Positions 1 through 10,045 of a stretch of 64,000 nt of DNA are shown piece by piece; the stretch's first letter is position 1, and every line of letters starts with the position of its first letter. The position numbers and the translations under genes are program-made. The stretch is from assembly GCA_965197525.1 (NCBI GenBank), contig OZ240211.1, forward strand, positions 320,001-384,000, in the 5' to 3' direction. Origin of the DNA: Nitrosopumilus sp. (GTDB taxonomy: Archaea > Thermoproteota > Nitrososphaeria > Nitrososphaerales > Nitrosopumilaceae). The notes under the pieces are model-generated. The model made no database searches. It saw only the letters and a program-made list of their open reading frames with translations, and was not told the DNA's origin.

Positions 1-695
1 ATGGGGCCAACATTGAGATAATTCCAAATAAAATTAACCTGTTAATTGGCGCTAATGGATCAGGCAAAACAACCTTGGTCAATCTAGTATCAGGCCTTCT
101 ACAGTCACAATCAGGTCAGGTATTTTATATGGATAAAAATATAACAAATATGCCACCTCATAAAATATTTGAAGAGGGAATAATCAGAACATTCCAAACG
201 CCAAAATTATTCATGAATTTAACACTGTTTGACAACCTGCTTATGGCACATAATCACGTAGGCGAATCGTTTAATCTTTGCATGTTTCCAAATAAATGGA
301 AGAAAGAAGAGAAAGAATTAACTGAAAAAGCACTGTCAATATTAGATTCATTAGGTATACTAGCATTAAAAGATCATCTTGCATATGACCTGAGTGGAGG
401 ACAAATAAAATTACTAGAGCTAGGAAAAACATTGATGGCTGATTTCTCATTGGTGTTATTAGATGAGCCTATTGCAGGTATTGCCCCAAAACTTGCCCAC
501 ACCATATTCGAAAAAATTCAAGAGATCTGCAAGAATAACAACACAACATTTCTAATAATTGAACATAGATTAGATATTGCACTAAGATATGTAGATCATG
601 TATTTGTTATGCACGAGGGACAAATTATTGCAGACGGAGATCCGGACACAATATTAAAGAATCAAAAAGTTGTAGCGTCATACATTGGAGGATAA
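1..695 (+). CDS. livG: Branched-chain amino acid ABC transporter ATP-binding protein; 5' end runs off the window
   Basis: The frame is open from base 3 and includes Walker A GANGSGKT upstream of the called ORF. Also LSGGQ signature, LLDEP Walker B and IIEH. Confidence 0.85.
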   Translation, partial: GANIEIIPNKINLLIGANGSGKTTLVNLVSGLLQSQSGQVFYMDKNITNMPPHKIFEEGIIRTFQTPKLFMNLTLFDNLLMAHNHVGESFNLCMFPNKWKKEEKELTEKALSILDSLGILALKDHLAYDLSGGQIKLLELGKTLMADFSLVLLDEPIAGIAPKLAHTIFEKIQEICKNNNTTFLIIEHRLDIALRYVDHVFVMHEGQIIADGDPDTILKNQKVVASYIGG

Positions 696-698
696 TTC

Positions 699-1388
699 AT
701 GATTACAACTAGTCTCTTATCTAGCGGATATGGAAAAAATGTAGTTTTGCACGACGTAGATTTTGCAGCAGACAAGGGATTAACTGCAATCATTGGCGCT
801 AATGGTTCTGGCAAATCCACACTATTGAAATCAATTTGTGGTATAGCTGATAAATTTTCTGGAAAAATCATGCTAAATGATAAAGACATTACAAATGTTC
901 CAACACACAAGATCTCAAAATTAGGAATATCATACATGGCTCAAATTAGCAACGTTTTTCCAGAACTGACTATTCGTGAAAATTTGATTATTGGCATGGA
1001 TCAGATACGACCAGATTTAAAACACATCTACGAACTATTCCCGACACTAAAAGACCATGAAAAGCAAAAATCGAAAAATTTGAGCGGAGGACAAAGACAA
1101 CTATTAGCATTAGCAATGGTTGTGACTAAAAATCCTGCGGTAATGCTATTTGACGAACCGACTGCCAATCTATCACCGAAAAATGCAAAATTGATTTTAA
1201 AGAAAATAATCGAAGTGCAAAAAACACTAGACAACTGTGTAATAGTTGTGGAGCAAAATGTAAAAAGTATTCTTGACGTATGTGAGAACTGTTATATGTT
1301 TACTACAGGAACTGTGAGATATTCGGGTAACTCTCAAAAACTACTAGCAGATCCTGAATTATCAGACAAATACTTGGGTGTGAAATAA
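699..1388 (+). CDS. livF: Branched-chain amino acid ABC transporter ATP-binding protein
   Basis: GANGSGKS, LSGGQRQ, LFDEP, VVEQN; directly follows livG. Confidence 0.85.
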   Translation: MITTSLLSSGYGKNVVLHDVDFAADKGLTAIIGANGSGKSTLLKSICGIADKFSGKIMLNDKDITNVPTHKISKLGISYMAQISNVFPELTIRENLIIGMDQIRPDLKHIYELFPTLKDHEKQKSKNLSGGQRQLLALAMVVTKNPAVMLFDEPTANLSPKNAKLILKKIIEVQKTLDNCVIVVEQNVKSILDVCENCYMFTTGTVRYSGNSQKLLADPELSDKYLGVK

Positions 1389-2300
1389 TTGATCATCCTA
1401 ATGGATGCTGTAATATATGCTAGTGTATTAGCGGTACTTTGTGTAGGACTCACACTAACATACAAGATAACAAATGTTCCTAATTTTGCTCATACCACAT
1501 TTGCGATTTTAGGTATGTATATGGGACTAATTATGGTTCGCGTATTTGATGCTAATCCCTTTTTTGCATTACCACTTGCATTTCTAGTATCTGGAGGGGT
1601 GGCGTTATTTTTGTATTATGGAATATTACGTATATTGATTAAAAATGGCTCTTCGTATCTTTCACTAATTATTGCAACTTTGGCTTTTGACATATTCATG
1701 GTAGGAATTATGAACATATTGGCAGACTATCTGTTTAAAACATTCAAATTTATTTCAAGAGATTTCACACTGAGAAGTTTTGATATTGTAATAGATGGTG
1801 TTCCAATGGTACTAATAGTATCAATAGTGACGTTGGCTATACTAGTAGTTGGGCTGTATTATTTGCTATATCGTACTAAATTTGGCATGGCAATGAGAGC
1901 AGCGATTGACAATACAAGTTTAGCAGGTACGTTTGGAATTGATACAAATAAAATATTTTCATTTTCGTGGTTTTTGAGCGGAGGGTTAGGCGGGATTGCA
2001 GGAGTTTTGATGAGTGTGTGGTTTCAGGGAGATCCGAGCTTGTCAGTAATTATGCTCCCTAGCGTATTTGCAGGCAGTATTGTAGGCGGATTCTCTAGCG
2101 TATATGGGGCAATTATCGGAGGAATAATAATCGGATTCAGTGAGATAATTGGAACTAGTGCACTAGCAAGCTGGTTTGGATACTGGATAATACCATACAG
2201 ACCCATCATACCATTCTTATTTATCATATTTACGTTACTGTTATTTCCAAAAGGACTATCAGTTGTATTCGATAAACTATGGGCGAAGATTAAGAAATGA
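1389..2300 (+). CDS. livH: Branched-chain amino acid ABC transporter permease
   Basis: GLTL...PNFAH motif, TKFGMAMRA motif and multiple TM helices. Confidence 0.85.
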   Translation: MIILMDAVIYASVLAVLCVGLTLTYKITNVPNFAHTTFAILGMYMGLIMVRVFDANPFFALPLAFLVSGGVALFLYYGILRILIKNGSSYLSLIIATLAFDIFMVGIMNILADYLFKTFKFISRDFTLRSFDIVIDGVPMVLIVSIVTLAILVVGLYYLLYRTKFGMAMRAAIDNTSLAGTFGIDTNKIFSFSWFLSGGLGGIAGVLMSVWFQGDPSLSVIMLPSVFAGSIVGGFSSVYGAIIGGIIIGFSEIIGTSALASWFGYWIIPYRPIIPFLFIIFTLLLFPKGLSVVFDKLWAKIKK

Positions 2301-3295
2301 TCGGTTCTGAGTGGATCTTCATATCTGATCTGATAGCAATATTTGCCATATACTTGATAATTAATACAAGCTTAAACTTAGAATTCGGGTTTACTGGAAT
2401 TCCAAACTTTGGTAAAGTTTTGGCAGTAGCAGGAGGTGCATTCGTGATGGGCATACTGCCACTTCATATGTATAACGCTCTTTTAGGAGCGCAGTTAAGC
2501 CCGGTAGACGACAATCTTGAATTAATTTCTCAAATAAATGCACATATTGCAGCTAATCCAGAGATAGGATTCATAGTATTCGGACTGACATTGGTTGTTG
2601 CAATGATAGTTGGCGCTGCATTGGGATTAATATCAGCTTATCCAGCAATTAGATTGCGTGGAGATTACCTAGCAATAACATTATTGGCATTTGGTGAATT
2701 AATACGCATAATTGGAATTAACACTAAAGATCTAGTTGGAGGAACGTTGGGTGTAACTACTCCCGACTTTCTCTCTTTTGTACCAAACGAGCTCAGGTTT
2801 ATAATTGCCAGCTTCGTATTGTTAGTTTTGGCAGGAGTAGTATTTTTCCTTGTTGTAAAGTTTACAAAATCACCTGTAGGGCGCCTGATGCGCGCTACAA
2901 GAGATGATGAGGTTGCATTACAATCGCTGGGAAGAGATACGACAAGAATAAAAATAAAAGTGTTGATGATATCAGGATTGATTGCAGCCATAGGAGGAGT
3001 GTTGTATGCGTCATATGTAGAAGGAGTTGTAGCATTTGGATATAATCGACTAAACTGGACATTCTTGCCATTTGTTATGGTTATAGTAGGAGGAATGGCA
3101 AATAACAAAGGCGTGTTGCTTGGAACGGTCATATTTGTAGTAAGCCGCAAATTGGTCATATTTTATAATGATAGTTTAGATGGGTTAGTGCCATTTGATA
3201 TTATTTGGCTTGACTATTTATTGCTAGGTGGAATAATGCTTATCATATTACTGTTTAGGCCTAGAGGCATACTGCCAGAAAACCCGAAGTCGTGA
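2297..3295 (+). CDS. livM: Branched-chain amino acid ABC transporter permease
   Basis: SLNLEFGFTGIPNFG, RLRGDYLAITLLAFGE and SPVGRLMRATRDDE motifs; 4-bp overlap with livH. Confidence 0.85.
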   Translation: MIGSEWIFISDLIAIFAIYLIINTSLNLEFGFTGIPNFGKVLAVAGGAFVMGILPLHMYNALLGAQLSPVDDNLELISQINAHIAANPEIGFIVFGLTLVVAMIVGAALGLISAYPAIRLRGDYLAITLLAFGELIRIIGINTKDLVGGTLGVTTPDFLSFVPNELRFIIASFVLLVLAGVVFFLVVKFTKSPVGRLMRATRDDEVALQSLGRDTTRIKIKVLMISGLIAAIGGVLYASYVEGVVAFGYNRLNWTFLPFVMVIVGGMANNKGVLLGTVIFVVSRKLVIFYNDSLDGLVPFDIIWLDYLLLGGIMLIILLFRPRGILPENPKS

Positions 3296-3384
3296 CTGTG
3301 ATTAATTCAGCTTGATACCACATTTGATCTTTGCACTGCGTCATACAATATCTATTTTTATAGCAGCATATGTAAAAAAAAGTA

Positions 3385-4710
3385 TTGGATTCGAGGATAA
3401 TTTATGCAATAGTTGGAATTATAGTGGCAGGAGCAATCATTGCAGCTGTTGCCGGATCTACTGTAACACCAACGTCAAAAGATTCACGTCAAGTTCCAAT
3501 AGAATCTGAAACAGTAGAACCTGGAACAGTAGAACCTGTAGACGGTGCTGAATCCACATCTACCTCCTCTTCATCTCTTCCGCTGACAACTGTTGATATT
3601 GGTGTAATGTTACCATCTATTGGTGATGTATTTAGTTATGGACAAGACAATAGTATTGCTGTTCAATTAGGCGTAACGGATTTCAATAGATATTTAAAAG
3701 ATAATAACGTGCCATGGAGGTTTAATGCAGTCTTACTAGATACACAATTAGATCCACACGCAGCACTAGAGAAGATCCAATTACTAAATGCAAGAAATAT
3801 AAAATTTGTACTAGGTCCTGAATCCAGTGCTGAAATTCGTAATATCAAATCTTATGCTGATACAAACGACATGGTGTTAATTAGCCCATCATCTACAACT
3901 CCTGCGCTAGCAATTGAAGATAACATATTTCGACTAGTACCTGATGATACTCAACAGAGTAGTGTATTATCTCTACTATTTGAACAAAAAGGAATCAAAG
4001 CTGTAATACCAATTTACCGTGCAGACGTTCGCGGAGACAGTTTATACGAATCAACAAGAACAAATTTTGAGGCCCTAGGAGGTATTATGGATGAAGGTAT
4101 ACACTATCCTCCTGAAGCATCTATTTACTCAACTGAAGCATCTATTTTATCGAATTTGGTAGATAAATACTCTAAAGAGTATACCACTAACGAGATTGGA
4201 GTACTAATGATTGGTTTTTCAGAAACTGTGCATTTACTTAATTTTGCCGATGAATATGAAAATTTACATAACGTAAGATGGTTTGGTACTGAAGGAATAT
4301 CAAATGACAGTTCTATAATAAATGATCCAGTAGCATCAGCATTTATGCAAGATGTTGATTTTACAAGTACCCAATTTGCCACGTCTAAAAATAATGTGTA
4401 TGATCGTGTCAATGAATACTTTTTAGAATTTCAAGGGAGAACACCTAACACATATGCATTTTCAGCATATGATAGTGTGTGGATTTTAGGTAAATCGATA
4501 CTTGAAACTAGATCTACTGAACCTAGTTTTATCAGAGATGAGCTGAGTAACGTTGTAGCATCACATACTGGTGCACTTGGCGCTATAACTCTAAACAAAG
4601 CAGGCGATGTGGCAATAGCAGATTATGAACTATGGGGCGTCAAAGATGGTCTATGGCATATTGTGGGCCACTTTAATTCTGCAGATAATATTTTTGATTT
4701 TAAATCATGA
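3385..4710 (+). CDS. Liv-type periplasmic-binding-protein-family substrate-binding protein with N-terminal membrane anchor
   Basis: N-terminal TM helix, VLGPESS, ISPSST, IFRLVPDD and AYDSVW motifs; last gene of the liv cluster. LivJ versus LivK cannot be distinguished. Confidence 0.8.
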   Translation: MDSRIIYAIVGIIVAGAIIAAVAGSTVTPTSKDSRQVPIESETVEPGTVEPVDGAESTSTSSSSLPLTTVDIGVMLPSIGDVFSYGQDNSIAVQLGVTDFNRYLKDNNVPWRFNAVLLDTQLDPHAALEKIQLLNARNIKFVLGPESSAEIRNIKSYADTNDMVLISPSSTTPALAIEDNIFRLVPDDTQQSSVLSLLFEQKGIKAVIPIYRADVRGDSLYESTRTNFEALGGIMDEGIHYPPEASIYSTEASILSNLVDKYSKEYTTNEIGVLMIGFSETVHLLNFADEYENLHNVRWFGTEGISNDSSIINDPVASAFMQDVDFTSTQFATSKNNVYDRVNEYFLEFQGRTPNTYAFSAYDSVWILGKSILETRSTEPSFIRDELSNVVASHTGALGAITLNKAGDVAIADYELWGVKDGLWHIVGHFNSADNIFDFKS

Positions 4711-4837
4711 CCAATCATTACAAGTAGAAATGGGTATTGATAAAATAGTAATTAATAGTATGTTGATTATTAGCAATTGGTTTACTCTATTAGACAATAC
4801 AAATCTAATAGATAATCACATGTATTAGTACAGATAC

Positions 4838-5083
4838 GTGTTGGCTAGAACTAAAAGGACAAATCGATATTGTGTAGACTGTGGTGCAAGATTGGTATAT
4901 TATCCGCGATTATCCAATCCCAAGGCTCCGAATGAGCACAGAGTATTAGTATATGCATGCCCGGACTGTACTGAAGATTTTGAAAAGCCAAAGATGTTTT
5001 CGGTTAGACGAAACCAAGTTGATGATCCACTAGAGACAGTCGAGATTGAGATTACACAGCTACAGAAAAAGAGTAATAACTAG
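4838..5083 (+). CDS. Small Zn-ribbon-like protein
   Basis: CVDC ... CPDC pair in 81 aa. Confidence 0.6.
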   Translation: MLARTKRTNRYCVDCGARLVYYPRLSNPKAPNEHRVLVYACPDCTEDFEKPKMFSVRRNQVDDPLETVEIEITQLQKKSNN

Positions 5084-5106
5084 AAAATAAATAACAATAA
5101 CCAATC

Positions 5107-5334
5107 ATGTCACATCAAGGAAGACCAAGAAGTAATGCGTGGTTTATACTACCAATCCTACTAGGTATAATTGGAGGAATCGTGGCGTTTATTATTATAC
5201 GTCGTGATGACCCAAAGAAAGCAATGAACTGTCTAATCGTAGGCATAATATTTATGGGAATAGGCATCATCTTTAATCTGATAATTGGAGAACCTATTTT
5301 AACCTTGGATCCAGGCATTAACGTGAATGTGTAA
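5107..5334 (+). CDS. Small two-TM membrane protein
   Basis: Two hydrophobic helices separated by RRDDPKKA. Confidence 0.6.
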   Translation: MSHQGRPRSNAWFILPILLGIIGGIVAFIIIRRDDPKKAMNCLIVGIIFMGIGIIFNLIIGEPILTLDPGINVNV

Positions 5335-5441
5335 CGCTCTTGGGCTTGTACTTGAAATGACATATACCATGCCAAGATCAACTACCAGCTATCATTTATT
5401 CCAAGATTTAGAATCATATAGAGCAAGGTTAAGAAATAGAC

Positions 5442-5891
5442 ATGAGCATATCAAAGATGCAAGATAATGTAGAGAGGTGGCTGACTCATGAAGGTCTTTC
5501 TTTCAAGTATGTAAAGAGCGATGAAAATATTTTTCAGATTGTAATAAAGCATGCAGGAATACAAGGAATTCCAATCGAGGTGTTTGAACCAAAAAGACAG
5601 CCAGGAATATTGGTAGTAGGGGCCAAAGTAATTATGAAAAATAACCATATCGCCAGATATCTTAGATTCAATACGGAGGAGAGGACAAAATTTGAACAAA
5701 AGATGGCTGATTTTTGTTATTCAATACAAGCAATCAACAAAGTCATTGCAGAAGATGGGAAACAGAAAATTTCAGTGTATGTTGTGTTAGACGACAAAGA
5801 AAGCATTAACCAACAGACGCTATTTGAAGCAATAGACAGTGTATCAGATAAACATGAAAAAACATCCAGATTTTTGTTAAAGACGTTTTAG
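5442..5891 (+). CDS. Conserved hypothetical protein, DUF2299-like
   Basis: 149-aa ORF with core codon bias; resembles a thaumarchaeal DUF2299-type protein from memory only. Confidence 0.45.
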   Translation: MSISKMQDNVERWLTHEGLSFKYVKSDENIFQIVIKHAGIQGIPIEVFEPKRQPGILVVGAKVIMKNNHIARYLRFNTEERTKFEQKMADFCYSIQAINKVIAEDGKQKISVYVVLDDKESINQQTLFEAIDSVSDKHEKTSRFLLKTF

Positions 5892-5957
5892 GATTAACAA
5901 ATATAATTAATCATATTTATGAAATCACGTTCTTCATATGATCATTAAAAATATTAC

Positions 5958-7556
5958 CAGTAGATGGAATTGTACCTAAAATTTAGCCGAGTATGTTCCC
6001 AAATTAGACCAACTTGATGACGATAATGTAAAGTAGTGACTGCACCAACATCATGATGTTGCAAATGCATTAGTCTTGGCTGTGCAGACATGCGTGAGAA
6101 TCATGGAAAGGATGCGTATGTCTTGTGGCATGAGCGCAGTATTTTAGGCAATATTTCAAAATGGCAGCGGCAAGTCATGTACATGTGGCATGCAGTTCAC
6201 ATCAGTGTCTGTCACTGTGATGGTATGGTGACTGCAAAAGTTATGACATCAGCAGAGACGGGCTTGTATGTTCCAAGACAAACAGTATGAAGAATTCCAT
6301 TATCATCTTGTATGTTATCTTTGTATGTAGATTGTCAGGACAGACTCGCTGCAACAGATACGATGCCAGTATCCACGCGTTGAACAAAAGGATGGGCATG
6401 AACAGTAGCAACACGCGTACGGATTCTTGTTTGCTAGTTGTTCTAGGCCTCATGGATTCTATACACCTGTACCCTGTCTCTATTGACCACCTGGCCCGAT
6501 ACTGCTGCTCTACAAACGCTTCAGCCCCGTCCATATCGCTGCGTTTGAATTCGCATACTGTATCAATCGGAACGTTGGTGGCAAACGTGTGGATTACCTT
6601 TTCCCCTTTCCTGTCCTTTTCTTCTAAAATGATCAGTGTGATCTTCTCCTGTCTCTTGTCTCCATTACCTGAGATCAGGATATGCTGTGAGACTGCATCC
6701 CTTTTACCTGCCTGAAATTCGTTTATGGCCTTCTTGACACCCTTTGTATGCGTTGCAGGCATCAGAAACTGTATGTTTTTGGACTTGAGCGTACCTATAA
6801 CACCGGTGGAAAAAAACTCCCTGTCCACAGTCAGCGTTTTAATCCGGATGCCTTTGTCTGTGCATCCGTCAACGAGTTTTGAGACTATGTCCTCAAGATC
6901 GTCTTCTCTTCTGACTAAGCGTTGCCCCCAGAAAGGCTCTAGAATCGTCTACTGTACAGTTGGTGGTAGCCAAACAGTTGAAGTGATATGTTCCATTCTT
7001 GAACTTTGAGGCGATGATGTTTAGCATGTTGTACGTCTTGTCATATCTTGGAATGGTGTGTTTGTCAATTGCCACATCCACAGGAGTCCTGAACATGCCG
7101 TGTCTTCTCATCCTCATCACTGTACGGTCTACCATCTTGAGGCAGCGAGTCAGCATATAGTCATACCTGACTTGTTTTATCACGCCAAGCACCCATCTGC
7201 CGCACGGGATGCGCCTGACTTTTTTCTTTGTGCCATCTATAAACCGGGAGTTGTATGCAGTCTCTGCATACTGGCAGTGCCTGCACATGTCAAAGAATCG
7301 GGCCAAAAAGTCGTCATAACCGTACAAGGCGTTGTGCTTCTCAGAGAATTGAAGCTTTAGGTTTGACAAAAATAATGCACTCATAATTTTAAATACCTTT
7401 TCTGTGCAGACTTGTTGGAGTTTGTGGTTTTGTTTCATGTGAACTATGAACAACTCACATTCTCCTCTTTTAACCTCCAATATCTACAAAAATGTTGTTT
7501 TTGATGCGTTTTTATTCATAATGATGATTTGGGAAAAAGTACAATTCCATCTACTG
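5958..7556 (-). mobile_element. ISH3-family insertion sequence with frameshifted DDE transposase (6241-7480)
   Basis: Perfect 18-bp TIR CAGTAGATGGAATTGTAC (5958-5975 / 7539-7556) and 5-bp TSD ATTAC (5953-5957 / 7557-7561). Motifs VAIDKH, VDREFF and YRARWSIETGYR. One extra base near 6917 splits the ORF. Confidence 0.9.
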
Positions 7557-7612
7557 ATTACTTAGATCACTTTATTAAACTTGTATTCACATACCGTTTA
7601 GATAGTATAAAA

Positions 7613-8269
7613 ATGACCTCAAAAAACATTAGGCTTTTTATCACAGGTCTTATTACATTTGGTACAATGTCTGTATTGGGTCAGATGTCGATTCAATATG
7701 CATTTGCAGAACCGTGTGATAATGTTTGGGAGATAGGATTTGATTGTGATATCTCCGGATGGATAACATTTGTAATTGGAGATATAGTATTAGGTATAGC
7801 ATTATCTATGTTGTTTCTTGTTATTGCACACACATTAACTAAACAGACAGAAACGATGCAATTAATAAAATTAGTACTTAGTAAAACTCAATCAATAGTT
7901 GTAGAACAAGAAGAAAGAAGAAATAGATTAAAGCGATATGCCAGACAAGCTTTTAAAAATGATTGTGGAGCGTTGCTCTTATGTTTTGGAATACTCAACA
8001 AACTCTCACAATCAGGCAATGACGACTGGATTAAGAATCCTGAGGTTGACAGAATGCTTGTAAAATCTAAAAAAATCTTGGTAAAAATTCACAATACCAT
8101 AAACTTGTCTGTAGGAACTATTGATCCTGTTTTACTTGAAGAGATTGAGACGTTTATAACATATACAGATGATGTTCTTTATGACATCAGTAAAATATCT
8201 GCCCAATACGATGAGATCAAGAAAAAGATAATGTATTTGACTGAACGATTAAACAATGAGCAGGATTAA
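7613..8269 (+). CDS. Membrane protein with signal-like segment, TM helix and helical cytoplasmic domain; paralog of 11526-12194
   Basis: The ORF-track start at 7529 lies inside the IS TIR, so ATG 7613 is the likely start. Shares YARQAFKNDCGALLLCFG and IDPVLL(E/D)EIE with 11526-12194. Confidence 0.7.
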   Translation: MTSKNIRLFITGLITFGTMSVLGQMSIQYAFAEPCDNVWEIGFDCDISGWITFVIGDIVLGIALSMLFLVIAHTLTKQTETMQLIKLVLSKTQSIVVEQEERRNRLKRYARQAFKNDCGALLLCFGILNKLSQSGNDDWIKNPEVDRMLVKSKKILVKIHNTINLSVGTIDPVLLEEIETFITYTDDVLYDISKISAQYDEIKKKIMYLTERLNNEQD

Positions 8270-8323
8270 AGGACGTATTTGATTTAAATTAAAGATTTAG
8301 TTTAAAAGCAAGTTGGAAATATA

Positions 8324-9561
8324 GGCGTTGTCCAAATCTTATTTTTTCAAGCCTATTAGATGTCATTTTATCTGCACCTTATTGCTTTTGATTCCCTGTA
8401 TGTGGCGGAATTTTCTAGCAGCAGGATATGATGAGGTGTATCTTGCACCAAAACGTTGCATGGTTGTACAGCATACGCTAGACACACAACACGTGTTTTT
8501 TACGTCGTTCCACTATGACAGCAGGTTGTAACAGATGCACCGGAGTAGCAGCTGCAGTCTCTGCGTTGCCATCTTCTTCTTTGCACGAACAACCGCAGTA
8601 AACCTGTGCTTGAATGATGAGAACACCGATTCCACTATACTACGCTGGTGGTACGTATCTTCAAACTCCTTGGGATTCCTCTCCTGCCGTCTGAGCATCT
8701 CTGCCCTTGGACCGAATCCTTTTACCACATGGTTCTTGCGGGTACAGATCACAGGCTTCCTGCCAGTATTACGAATCATCTTGTAGTTCTTGTGTGCGTC
8801 ATATCCTGCATCAAGCATCACGCATCCTGTGCCGTCAGGAACCTTTTTGATCATATCCCGGAACACTGGCGAGTCATGCGCCCGTCCGGGGGTAACTACG
8901 CAGGATACGATCTTTCTTCCCTTTACATCGGTAACTATGTGCAGTTTGACGAATTCACGCCTAGAGATGACCCTTTTTGGCATCCTCCCATTCTGCATAC
9001 CTGATGATGGCAACCCCGTGGCGTCTCCCAGCAGTGATCCACGCGCATGGGATCTTGTCTGTCTTTCTATTATCTCGTGTAGCCACTCATAATCTGTCAT
9101 TATGGTGGCCGCATGATGCAGGCAGGATTTTGATGGAATGGTTTTTAATCCGTATATGTGTAATGTTCCCTGATGTGTCTGCAAGTATGAGACATGTTGA
9201 CGGTATGAATGGCAGCGAAACTCGCGGTCTGCAAGACATGCCATGTATGAGGCCATTCGCATTTCACTTGGAGTGATAGGCGAGTAAATCTCATGTAGTA
9301 GGAGGATGAGGGCCTTGATTCGTAATTTGGTGGTATGGCCTTCATCCTTTCTTCTTACCTCGTATTTCTTGTAGTATCCGTCAGGCCGTTCCCATTTCTG
9401 ATCATCAGTCTTCTTGCTTTTGCAGCCTTTCTTGTGTTTGCTGTCTTTCTTGTTCTTGCTGTCTTTCTTGTTTTTATCACGTTTTTTACTCATTAAACCA
9501 GCACGAGATCCGTGATCTTTAAGCTTTTCGCTGATTTCGCATCAAAAATTTGGACAACGCC
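8324..9561 (-). mobile_element. IS5-family (IS903-like) insertion sequence; transposase 8513-9493
   Basis: Perfect 14-bp TIR GGCGTTGTCCAAAT (8324-8337 / 9548-9561) and 9-bp TSD GGAAATATA (8315-8323 / 9562-9570). Motifs GDATG, KLHIVTD, LDAGYD and YHQRSIVESVFS. Confidence 0.9.
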
Positions 9562-9643
9562 GGAAATATACCAAAAATTTGCAGCTGTTAAAGGAAATAT
9601 TATACATACATTATCTACGCTATCAAACTGTATATGGCATATA

Positions 9644-10045
9644 CTATAAAGTATCATCGGTCAATTTAGATTCCATCTCATTGATCTTGGCCATTAACAC
9701 ATCCATATCTACCGGTTTTGCAAGAACTGAATCAATGTGCTTCTTTATAGTATCTAACTGATCAGGAGCACCTGACAATGATGCCGTAAACAAGACAATC
9801 TTTTGTTTGTTAATCAGGTCCCACTTGACTAATTCGTTAATCACATCAGCGCCCGAAAATTCAGGCATGGAAAGATCTAACAAGACAAGATCATACTTGT
9901 TCTCTTTGATCTTAGTTACTCCATCACGGCCGTTGGTTACAGATTCAAATTCATGACCCATGCTGGTTATAATCATCTCTACAAAAGAAATAATGTCAGT
10001 ATTATCATCAATTTCTAAAATCCTCATTTCTAATTTTTTGTACAA
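9644..10045 (-). CDS. Single-domain response regulator (CheY-like receiver)
   Basis: ILEIDDN, LVLLDLSMPEFSG, LFTAS and LAKPV motifs; overlaps the kinase 3' end. Confidence 0.9.
   Translation of the reverse strand: MYKKLEMRILEIDDNTDIISFVEMIITSMGHEFESVTNGRDGVTKIKENKYDLVLLDLSMPEFSGADVINELVKWDLINKQKIVLFTASLSGAPDQLDTIKKHIDSVLAKPVDMDVLMAKINEMESKLTDDTL

Noticed and set aside
7529-7612. ORF-track N-terminal extensions at 7529, 22440, 26045 and 47184
   Set aside because: They begin inside IS ends, in overlapping genes or in non-coding leader; downstream starts fit better.
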